The notes below the pieces were generated by a model. That model searched no databases, was not told the DNA's origin, and saw only the letters and a list, made by a program, of their open reading frames with translations. The position numbers and the translations under genes are program-made. 64,000 nt of DNA. Source: Podospora anserina. Its lineage: Eukaryota. Shown one piece after another: positions 51,350 through 61,717 of this stretch; within the stretch, counting starts at the first letter, position 1, and the number at the start of each line of letters is the position of its first letter. The stretch is from contig CM030336.1 of NCBI GenBank assembly GCA_017654855.1, positions 1,302,001-1,366,000 on the forward strand. Direction: 5' to 3'.

Positions 51350-52727
51350 ATGTCAGCGCTTACCCCGACTGATGCGCCTCCGCCGCCGCCGCCACCGCCA
51401 GATGGCCTACCTCCGGGCATTCCTGTCACCGAACGGGCGGCGCACCTTGCCCAGACCTTCATCGGCGTTACCTCAATACTGATGGCCTTGTGCCTGATCA
51501 CCTTCTTCACGCGTATCTACCAACGGGTCTTTCCTGTGTTCAAGATGGGTCTGGACGACTGGTTCATCATTGTTGGCTTTGTAGGCCCTTCCTTCCTTCC
51601 TTCCTTCCTTCCCTTTCCCATAATCTCCACAGCCCTTGCTAACCCTAATATATGTCCAGATCCTAGCAATAGCAGACTGGTCCCTCCTCTTCCCGCTCAT
51701 GGTCCCCAAACCAGGCTACATCCCCTTCTCCCGCGGCACCGAAGCCGGCAAGCACTCCTGGCTCGCCATCCCCGTCTGGGGGTTGGCCATGACGTGCATC
51801 AAGATCTCGATTGCGCTTACACTCTTACGAATCCGAGGCTCCGAAAGAAAGTGGAGGGTATTCTTGTACACCATCATCGTCATCCTGGCCATCTACGGGA
51901 TAGGCAACACGATATTCTGCCTGGCTATCGCGTGCCAGCCGTTGCAGGCGGCTTGGGATGTGTTGACCCCCGGTGGGAGGTGTGTACCGGTGGAGGTAAT
52001 GAAGGCCGTTTCTGATTTAGGTTCGGGGATCAACATCACGACCGATCTGCTGTTGAGTCTGACACCGATAACTTTCTTGAGAAAGCTGAACAGGCCGTTG
52101 AGGGAGAGGGTGTTTGTTTGCGTGCTGATGGGGATGGGGCTGTTGGCGAGTGTGAGCAGTATTGTCAAGACGGTTATCATCAAGGATTGGGGGGATCCGA
52201 CGGCGGCGGTGGATGATTGGTGGGCTATGGGGGTTAGTATCTGTACTTGGACTGCGCTGGAGCAGCTCTTGGGGGTGTTGGCGGCTTGTGTACCGGCTAT
52301 GAAGGGGGTGTTTCAACGGTGCTTGGGGGGGTTGGGGGTGGATATCACTGTTGGGGGGAGCAAGAGGCAGCGGTCGGGACAGGGGGGGAATTATTACTTG
52401 AGGACCTTTGGGAGGGGTAGGGGGACGGGGACAGTGAGGAGTGGAGGTGGTGATGGGGAGAGGGTCCGGTCGGGGACTTTTGAGAGTTTGGGGAGTTCTG
52501 GTGGGAATCGGTTCTCGAGTGTGAGGCAGGTTGGGGTTGTGAAGGATGAGGAACATGGGGCGGTGGCGGTGGTGGAGTATGACGAGGAGGTAGGAATTGA
52601 TCTGCCCGAAATGAGGAGGCAGGCGTCGACAGTGAAGTCGGTGGATGGATCTGTTGGGAGAGGGGACTTGGAAAGGGGACACTCGAGGGGGTCGGAGGGT
52701 GAGAAGTTTCCTGCTCATGCTTTGTAA
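51350..52727 (+). CDS. PTH11-like (fungal rhodopsin-domain) 7-TM integral membrane protein, no CFEM domain
   Basis: RIY.R..GLDDWFI, IKISIALTLLRI, CQPLQAAWD, TDLLLSLTP, WTALEQLLGVLAACVPAMK. Intron 51581-51659 contains a (CCTT)n tract. Confidence 0.9.
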
Positions 52728-53407
52728 TCTTGTAGTGGCTGTATACGATAGGTATGTATCAATGACATTTATGATACCAGACTCGATGGGCTTTACTGCT
52801 AAAGTTGTTATCACTCTGCCCTAGCCGTACTCGACATCCCCGTCGTGTCATGACAGTCGATGTACTCAAAGAATTCCTGGTCACGCTCAGGAACTAACAC
52901 TTCATGAAAGACATCCTGACCTTTTCCCGTACTGATGAAAACCACCGAATATCGCCAGGTGGGTCGGGTGCTCTTTGCACCGGCGCTCAGGAGAGGCAAG
53001 GTCGTCAAAAGGGGCCAGCCCGAAAGTCTGATCTTTGTCAGCCGCCCCGGCTGCAGGGGTGATAAAAGTCTTCATGAATCAGAACTGGATGCATTGTTTC
53101 GAGGTACAACTTTCTCTCTTGCGGAGAAGTGTCAAGGCAGTCTTGTCCTGAGCGGATGACAGCCAGGTTCTTCTTGCCCGAGATGCGCCCCAATGACGGC
53201 GACGACCAATTGTGAAGTGTCTTTGGGAAACCCGCTCGTGGGAAGGAACAGAAGCCGACAACATCTGCGGTGCTTGCTGGAAGATGCCCAGTATATATCT
53301 AACCAAATCATTGAGTATTTCATCACCCATCTTTGCTTCTTTGCTTAATACCCCGAAACAATCGAACCTCTAGTAGTGAGGGGTCCCGTCATTTGCCGCC
53401 GTTCTCC

Positions 53408-54938
53408 ATGCCAACACCATTTCGGGTCGCAGTCATCCAGGCGGAGCCCGTCTACCTCGACATGATGGCCACCATTGAGGAATCATGTCGTCTTAGCGCC
53501 GAGGCTGCCGCTGGTGGTGCCAAGCTTGTCGCATTTCCCGACCGCTGGGCTCCTGGGTACCCTCCGTGGATCTGGTAAGCTCTCTTGCTCTTCGACCCTC
53601 TTAAACTACCTACTTCTAACAAATGATGTCTCTGTAACTCAAAATAGGGCTCGGCCAGTCGACCATAAACTATACACACGATACGTCTGCAATGCCCTCC
53701 CAGTCGAATCAGAAGCTATGGACCGTGTCCAAGCGACCGCCGAAGAACATTCCATTTGCCGTGGTATTTGGCTTTGCCGAACGAAGCCCTACCCGCAGTC
53801 TCTACATCTCCCAGGCCATCATTTTCCCCCCAGGGCGAAGTCCTCCTGCACCGACGCAAGATCAAGTCAACTCATATGGAGCGCACCATCTTTGGCGACG
53901 GATCCGGCAACGACTTCGACAACGTTGCCGAGATTTACTTTGGCCCTGACCACGGCATGGTCAAAGTGGGATGTCTCGCTTCCTGGGAGCACACACAGCC
54001 GCTCCTCAAGTACCACACCATCTCCCAGCGCGAAACGATTCATGTTGCCATGTGGCCGCCTGTGTCCCCCAGGGTGGCTAATGAGATGGGACGCTCTCAT
54101 CCAATCTTATGGGATTAGACCGTGGGATGGGCCAAAATTGCCTCATTTTCCCATGGGACAAGCCAAAACGACCCCCCGTCTTGTCTCACGTCTCATAAGA
54201 CGAAGGGTATATTGTTGAGCCTTTTTTTGGCTGCTAAAAAGTGGTGATTTTTGGACCTTTGGTGGTGAAGATATTGGGGGTGAGGCTTGTGGCTCTGTGG
54301 CCAATAATCCTGCCAAGATATCGGGCCGGAAAAAACCCCGGAAGTCTCATGAGCCAATGAGATGAGCCAAACTGTGAGGGTTGTGGGATGAGCCGAAGGT
54401 CCGAAGCCATGGGATGGGATAAATCGAGGGTCATCTTATCTCAACTCATCTCATTAGCCACCCTGGTGTCCCCTAGGCCCGGAAATTTTATCGAGCTCTG
54501 TGGAACATGACGGCTGAGGGTGCGCAGAATCTATCCCAACCGTACGCCATTGAGAGTGCAGCCTATGTGCTTCACAGCACTGCTGTATGCAAACAGGAGA
54601 GCATTAGCCTGCTTCGGACGCGGCAGGGAATTGTTTGCTCAAAGCCTGGTGGTGGACACAGTTGTGTCATTGGACCTGATGGTAGACGCTTGACTAAGCG
54701 TCTCGGTAATGGACCTGATGGTATAAAGTATTTGGGGCCTATTGGTGTTGGCCTTGATACTCTGGGAGGTATCATATTTGCTGATTTGGACTTGACGAAC
54801 TGCGTCACAGCTCGGGGTTTCTTGGATATTGTTGGCCACTATAGCCGGCCGGACCTCCTTAGGCTTGGTGTGGACAGCCGACAAAAGGAGCCGGTAGTTT
54901 CGAGAGGCTCTGTTCAGTACATAGATGGAGGAGAGTAA
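53408..54938 (+). pseudogene. Nitrilase pseudogene interrupted by a hAT-type element
   Basis: [76 protein letters not shown]. Has frameshifts, a 396-bp insertion, and catalytic E and C replaced by D and S. Confidence 0.92.
54070..54465. mobile_element. Non-autonomous hAT-type element (MITE-like), 396 bp
   Basis: Perfect 19-bp TIR CAGGGTGGCTAATGAGATG. 8-bp TSD GTGTCCCC (54062-54069 and 54466-54473). Subterminal ATGAGCC and GGGATG repeats. Confidence 0.94.
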
Positions 54939-55211
54939 AAAGGGGCCGATTGTCTATACTGGTTGTTACAGATCCATGACCATGAGTCACAAACACCTAG
55001 CGAACAAACAAGGGATGAGAGGGGAATAAGGAATCTCAATTGGCAAAGGAGGTAATTGTGAAACTCGGGGAAAAGCACAGTTTGTTAAGCGGAATCAATC
55101 AGCACCATCCAGCGCTAACATCATTAACCTGAGGATAGATAGATAGTACTTTCGAATTTCAAGCAGTAGCTCCAGAGTTATTCTACGCACTAGAGGACCA
55201 CCACGTCTGTC

Positions 55212-56181
55212 ATGGTGTCAGAGAAAAGGTATTCCAACAAAGCCCCATGGCACATCAAGTACACCGTCGATTCCCGCAACCCCTTTGTAACCAGCCAGCC
55301 GCCCCCGGCAGCCCATCCACAAGGAAGCACTACACCCACAGACAGACCCTTGACACCAAACCAAGCCGCGCCCCACTCCTTCTCTCGCGCCGGAGCGCAG
55401 AGACTAGCCAGGGAAGAGAGAGCCTCAACCGATTCCGCGCTGACAACAAGACCAACCCTACTCTGGCAACCCCAGTCCGTCCCCTCATCACCCACCCGAT
55501 ACGACCCCCTCCCTCCCCTCGCTCAATCCTCAAACCTGTCTCCCCCCGCAAATCCAAGACCCCGACCTCACCCAAAAAAACCGTCACCGTCAGCCGCTCC
55601 GCCATCGTGTCTTCCTCCACCTCCACGACCCAATCTCGACAAAACGCTACGCCGAACTCCACCTCTCTGTCCCGTCCTTCCACCGGACAGTCACGAGAAT
55701 GGATCCGTTTAGGATTGATCACCACGACGTCCAGCCTGCGCAGATGGCTCCTGTTTATGACTTTGGTGATGGAGTTACAGACGAGTGGTGGGGTGTTTGA
55801 CAGGAGTGATGCTCGTGCTTTGGAGTGGGGGTGTCATTTTAGGAGGAGCTGGGATCTTAGTCCGTTGCCGAGGGAGGAGGGAGGGCAGGAATGGGAGGGC
55901 AAGTTGAGGGTTTATGGGGATTTGGAGGGTAGGTTGGCTTGTGTTAACCGGAGGGGGGAGATTTGGGCTAGGTGGGTTACGAGGTTGGTTGTGAGGGAGA
56001 TAGGGGGGTGGGTGGTGGAGATTGGGGAAGAGCGAAAAGGAGGAGGGTAAAGGGGAAGGTGTATCAGTGGTTTTGTGGAGAGGAGCACTGGGGAAGGATG
56101 GGGGGACGGTTTGAGGGGTGTTTGATTGATTTGGGGGAAGGGGTGGGGGGTAGGGTCAGGGGTGCAAGCAACAATGACTAG
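55212..56181 (+). pseudogene. Frameshifted orphan gene, paralog of 56603-57415
   Basis: Blocks QPAQMAPV, WGCHFRRSWDL, WEGKLRVYG, KGKVYQWFC and RFEGCLIDL lie in alternating frames and match the downstream gene. Confidence 0.65.
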
Positions 56182-56602
56182 AAGCACCACACAAACAGCT
56201 TAGTCGTTTGTCAATCGCCTTTGTGACTCGTGCTTCATGACGTGTGTACATGTAACGAGTGACTCAAGCTGTGTCTAATGCGTAGATGGTGGATGTAATA
56301 AGGGATATCGCATTGTATTGCTTACTCAGGGGGCAATGTGCGCTTGGCGGCTTATGCTTTCAACGACCTTGATCCCTCCAGACATTTTCTTCAAAAGACT
56401 GAGTTCGAGCGATCACCCTAGCCCTTTAAGTCAAAGCCTGCTCACCAGTAATGGTTGACAACAGACAACAGCCCTCACGTATCGTCCCTGTAACATCCCC
56501 TTAACACCCTCATGATCCTTCGAGTGAGGTTAGGGGGCTCTCAGACACAGAACCTCCACTCACCCACTCTCAAGATCACATGGTTCAGCTTTCGTTCAAA
56601 CT

Positions 56603-57415
56603 GTGCCTTCCCAGTATGACCGTCTTGCTCCTGACTTATCTCCATTGAGCAGACAAACGTCAGGGCCTGAGAGTTCACAAAACCATGGCAATCAGAATTC
56701 TAGTCCTCATCAAGATCTTTTCTCGGATCGTGGCATGTGGATTCCAGCCTACGAAGAAGAGGACATGGACGCCGTACTCCGCAAAGCTCGTGATATTTGG
56801 GACAGAGAAAAGCATTTTCAGAGCCCGGGTCACTTTCCCTGCAAGTTCGTCTTCCATCTGCACGATTACACACTAAAAGGGCGCTATTCAGAGCTCCACC
56901 TCGAAGCAAATTTGTTCTATGATGCCATCACTGGTGCGGAGAGGTTCATTCTGAGGGGTATTGTCTTAGCTCCTGCGCAGGTCGCCCCGATCGGGAATCT
57001 TCGCAGCATCAGCGAGCCGGAGTGCGACGAAGAGGAGAATGCGGCAGTTCGGTATGGTGCTTATCACAACAGAGTCTGGAAGTTGGAGGACAGGTCAGGG
57101 TGGAGTGGCCAGTTGAGGCTATATGGCAAGTTCCCCTCAGATATTGCTGATATCAATATGAACAACAAAGATGGCTTTGATGCATGGTTCCAGGCGCTGG
57201 AAGTGAAGCAAGTTGTGGGATCAGTTCCTGACAGAGAAAAGCCTGATACCAATGTAAGAGGGCAGATATATCGTTGGGTCTGTCCAAAGCCTGTGTGAAA
57301 CAAGATCGACTTGTTCTCTTCAGAGATGAGGAGCATGAGGTTCGAGAAGTGGTGCTTGGTTGATGTCCCCAAGGACGAGATTCCGGATATCACTGACCAT
57401 GTGTGGTGGGAGTAA
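56603..57415 (+). pseudogene. Orphan gene with an in-frame TGA at 57296-57298; start uncertain
   Basis: APAQVAPI, YGAYHNRVWKL, WSGQLRLYG, RGQIYRWVC, then TGA, then in-frame RFEKWCLVDV..WWE* that still matches the paralog. Confidence 0.6.
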
Positions 57416-57685
57416 ACGGGATAGAGCCAGGACCGCAAAGTAGGGAGTAGTACTGGCTAGGTTAACAGTTGGCGGAGTTGGTTCCATACGTCAACCTACC
57501 TTTTTACCAGGTGCTCGTGTCCGGTATGGGGATGATGCCCCACCCTGTGCTTCCTCTCCTTTGCCTTGTCCAGCCAATAGAACGATCAACAGTCCTTTGC
57601 CCTATGCCACGTGATCAAGCAAACAAACACCACCAGAACAAACCATTTGCCAAATCATCACACGAACACTCGAATTTGAGCAAAT

Positions 57686-58998
57686 ATGCCGCGACGACTT
57701 CAGGATGGGTCCGAATGGAAAGAGACACCCTTCGACCTCGTGCCACAATGGACGCGAGACCCTTCCATTCCCGCCATCGAAGTTGTGTGTCGGGAGCACC
57801 TGAGCATCCCTCCGGAAGACCCCTGCACCGTGTTTTTCCACACCTCTGGTCTCTTTAACAAACTCTACATTGTTGAATACGCCCAACGCCGTGTCATCAT
57901 GAGGGTCACGCTGCCTGTGTATCCCGGCCTCAAAACGCGTGCCGAAGTGGCCACACTGCGGTGGGTGCGCGAAAACACCATGATTCGGTTCCCGAGGCAC
58001 TGGGCTTTGACGACAGTAACGATAATGAAATCGGATTTGAGTGGATCTTGATGGAGTTTATAGAGGGCACACCAGCACATACACGGTGGCGGACCATGTC
58101 GATGGAGCAGAAAGTCGCCTTCACAAAACAACTCGCGACATTCCAAGCTGAGCTTTCGGGCTTTGGGAAACCAGAGGCCATGCTCCGTGGAATAGGAACG
58201 CTGGAACTCCGGGAGTTTGAGAAGGGGAAAGAGATTCAAGGCCTGGGAAAGGTTGCTCCCGGTATGCTTGTGTCCCATGAGTTCTTTATGGGTGATCGAT
58301 TTCAGTACGATATCCCAAGGGGTCCCTTTCACTCCAGCCGCGACTGGCTCACCGCAGAGTTGAACATCGTCATGCTTGACCAGAAAGCAATCATCGACAG
58401 CTCCGAGGACGAAGACGACAAAGAAGATGCTGAGGAGGTTATTACGGTGGCGCAGAAATTGCTCTCTCTTATTCCCAAAGTGTTCCCTCCCAACCTGGAC
58501 GAGCCAGAGACAACAGTTCTTTACCACCACGATCTCCACCTTAAAAACATCTTGGTAAGCGAAGAAGGGGAAATCACAGCCGTTTTGGATTGGGAATGCG
58601 TCTCGGCCATGCCTCTCTGGATGACGACCAAGGTTCCCAGATTTCTTGATGAGCCTGTTCGAGAGGAGGAGCCGCAACGGGACACGTATGCCGATGAGAC
58701 ACCTGAGCAGGCTGCGGCCGCGGCAGAAAGGCGCCATGATCCGGACTACCTCGACAGTGAAGGCAAAAACAGCCTGTACTTCATCCATAAAATGGAGTAC
58801 GAAGCAAGGCAGTTGCGGAAAGTTTACAAAGCGACCTTGAGACAGTTATGGCCGGGTTGCCCGCAGGGAGAAGAAACCTTGATGGAGGTGAACTTCCACC
58901 ATGCTGTATCACAATGCGACGGGATATGGGTGAAAATGGCAGGCAGATGGGCTGACCGCGTGCTGGCCGGTCAGTCCATACTGTTGGAGGACGCCTGA
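57686..58998 (+). pseudogene. Aminoglycoside-phosphotransferase/choline-kinase-like gene with a single 1-nt deletion near 57985
   Basis: GLFNKLY..IMRVTLPVYP..KTRAEVATLRWVRENT switches frame to VPEALGFDDSNDNEIGFEWILMEFIEG. HHDLHLKNILV and AVLDWE are intact. Confidence 0.8.
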
Positions 58999-59169
58999 CA
59001 AGACTGGCGTGAGGGGGTAGCCAGTGTAGTTGTGAGGCAGGCTCCTCCTGATCAATGTCAACTGCGTTTTTTGTTCAAAGATAAGTATTTAAAAAAAAAA
59101 GAGGACAGACAGTAGAGCAAAAACGATGTGTAGCCCCTCTGGGCTTGGAGAGGCAAAACGGTAAGGACA

Positions 59170-59243
59170 TGATTTCGTCCAGGCTCGAACTGGAGACCTT
59201 CAGTGTGTTAGACTGACGTGATAACCAACTACACCACGAAACC
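59170..59243 (-). tRNA. tRNA-Val (AAC), intronless
   Basis: GGTTTCGTGGTGTAGTTGGTTATCACGTCAGTCT-AAC-ACACTGAAGGTCTCCAGTTCGAGCCTGGACGAAATCA forms a cloverleaf with A and B boxes. T tracts lie downstream. Confidence 0.97.
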
Positions 59244-60016
59244 TAGGATTGATGCATGTCATGATTGGAATTAACTCTCATGTGGGAGAACTATGAGAGA
59301 CGGAAGGAGACACGCCGCATGAACATGTGCAAATTTGATTGATGACCGAATAAGCAAATTCCCCAATGCGGCCGCCAAAGTGCGTCTGACTCAGCGTCGC
59401 CTTGGTAAGATGTAAGCCGAATGGTGTGTCGCAGAATTCGGGGATCGCGGCACAATGTCACTGGGCGCCTCTGGGCCAGAAGACTGGTGGCTTGCTCGTC
59501 TAGGGCGCCAGGTGTGGTCGCCTGGGCACATCAATGGGCATGGCGTGATTCATGGCTGCCATCTTCTCGGCAGGTCGGCAGCTGTCTCTTTTCAGTATCT
59601 TTGCGACCCCCATCTCAATTTTACTTCATAGGTCTTAAGGCTTTTATCAGGACAAGACCCTGCGGTTCTCCCTTCCCGAAGTTGACAGCCACCCGCAATT
59701 TAACGATCGCCACCGAGGCAGATCATCAGCACTATGAGACAAGGCGTGAGAGCGCCTTCGGTGACCAGCACAATCCCTCACTCTCACTGGTCACGCTAAC
59801 GGAAGCTGCAGTGATTCTGCTGTGGCACGGTCATTGCATGGCCTGGGCCGTCAATCCAGGCCGCCGGTATCTCTGCCATGTTGAGGAGATCGAATCATTG
59901 CAGTTAACCTTATCCCGACTGCATCTCAGCTCTCCATTGCCCCCCATGAGCGCGATTTTCGTCACCTCATCACTCTTTACAGTGATCAGTAATGTCCAAC
60001 TAACGCCAATGCCACC

Positions 60017-61717
60017 ATGCTTTTTGCTCGTTCACCAAGGACACCAACAAGTCTACCAACTCCAACTCCGCAAACACCCCATGTGCAAGACAACACACCA
60101 CTAAGCCCAGAAAATGACACGACAAAAGTACCGCATCGATGGGGCCATTCCAGCATGATGCCCGTGGACGATGACTGTCTTCCCGAAGTCAGACAGTTCA
60201 GCGACTTGGAAGTCCCAACACATTATCCTCTTGGCGCCATCCCAGAGGCTGTCAATCAGGATGCTCTTCCCGAAGTCAAATCGCACATCGCCATCAGCGC
60301 CAACTTCAACCAACCACCAAGCTCACAACCGACATCGCGGCCAGCCACAGCAAGCCAAACACAATCGCAACCAACAACGACACTACCACCACGTCCCGGG
60401 TCAGCAAGACGAAAATTATGGATCGTTCTCGGGAGTGCCGTCGCCCTATTATTAGCAACCATAGCAATAGCACTTGGTCTCGGCTTGGGACTCGGGCTCA
60501 GCAAGAAAAATGATACTCCCTCATCCTCAACGTCCTCAAACACCACAGGATCCGCCTGCCAAAGTGATAGCACAAGAATCTTCCGACGGACAATGGCTGC
60601 TGCCGTCTTCAACGGTTCTCTCCACATCTTCTCCCGAGGCCGAGACAGCAACATTTGGTTTCGCTCGTGGGGAATTCAACCTGAAGGAAATAATGCCCCC
60701 GCAACTTGGACCACCGACTGGGTAACCCTTGCCGAAGGTCCCGGCATGGAGCTCATGCCCTTCATCGGGGCACCAACAGTCATCACCTCGACAGACGGGA
60801 GCCGCATGGATGTCTTCGCCACAAGCACCATGTCAGGCAATGTCAACACGATCAGGTTCACAAAGGCCAATCGGACGACGGAGTGGGAAAGTCTGGGAGG
60901 TTTCGGTCTCAGCTCTATCGCGATTTGCAATTCACCCTTGGCGGACAACTCGTCAGCACCGACATACGACATGTGGATGTTGGGGAAGAATTCGACGACC
61001 GTTATCAAGAACACTTGGGACACTTCCAAGGAGATAGGTGGCTGGGACGAGACGAGTATTCCCGTCCTCGCCAGTTCCGGAACAAGCCCTGCCGTTATCT
61101 GCAGCAAGCACGACCCTGAATATACCGTCTTCACCTTTGGCCAAGGGACAGACGAGCTAAGAAGCACTCGTTTTTCCACCGCTAACAATATCTGGAGCTC
61201 ATGGAATCCATGGGGCCACAATTTCCGTGGAGATCCGGTGGCAGTCTCCGTCGATGAGGGTCGCGTGATATACTTTTTTGGTGTGGGGACAAACTCGAAC
61301 ATGTATCACTTTACCTGGGAGGAGGGCATCGAATCGGAGCCAAGGTCTATCGGGGGTAACTGGAGCAGTATCCCCAGTGCAGTGGTCATCGGCGCCGGGA
61401 CCAAGGATGAGCAGATCCACGTCGTTGCGTTGGATCAAGAAAGAAAGCTGCAGCATAGAACCTTTGGTGATTTTGGTGGAGGGCGAAAGTGGCAAGCTAC
61501 CAGGTGGGAGAAGCTGGAGAAGAAAGGGAATAGTGCCCCGCTGGTGTTTTCATATCCGGATGCAAAGGGCAAGGAACAGATTGGGTTGGCGATGTTGGAT
61601 GATGATAATCATCTATTGTTTGCCACTTGGGAGGCGAGTAATGATACTTTGTGGGTGAAGTCGATTTCCTGGGTACAGGCTGAGGGTTACTTGATTAATG
61701 AGAGCGTTTGCATTTGA
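60017..61717 (+). CDS. Type II single-pass membrane protein with a fucose-lectin-like (PLL/AAL-type) beta-propeller
   Basis: Disordered N-terminus, RRK plus TM (LWIVLGSAVALLLATIAIALGLGLGLGL), S/T linker, then repeats LHIFSRG.D..IW, MDVFA, WESLGG, FRGDPVAVS, SIGGNWSSIP. Confidence 0.78.
   Translation: MLFARSPRTPTSLPTPTPQTPHVQDNTPLSPENDTTKVPHRWGHSSMMPVDDDCLPEVRQFSDLEVPTHYPLGAIPEAVNQDALPEVKSHIAISANFNQPPSSQPTSRPATASQTQSQPTTTLPPRPGSARRKLWIVLGSAVALLLATIAIALGLGLGLGLSKKNDTPSSSTSSNTTGSACQSDSTRIFRRTMAAAVFNGSLHIFSRGRDSNIWFRSWGIQPEGNNAPATWTTDWVTLAEGPGMELMPFIGAPTVITSTDGSRMDVFATSTMSGNVNTIRFTKANRTTEWESLGGFGLSSIAICNSPLADNSSAPTYDMWMLGKNSTTVIKNTWDTSKEIGGWDETSIPVLASSGTSPAVICSKHDPEYTVFTFGQGTDELRSTRFSTANNIWSSWNPWGHNFRGDPVAVSVDEGRVIYFFGVGTNSNMYHFTWEEGIESEPRSIGGNWSSIPSAVVIGAGTKDEQIHVVALDQERKLQHRTFGDFGGGRKWQATRWEKLEKKGNSAPLVFSYPDAKGKEQIGLAMLDDDNHLLFATWEASNDTLWVKSISWVQAEGYLINESVCI

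Noticed and set aside
57686..58998. Spok-type meiotic driver
   Set aside because: Ordinary APH-like kinase lacking the N-terminal coiled-coil, nuclease and Cys-cluster regions.
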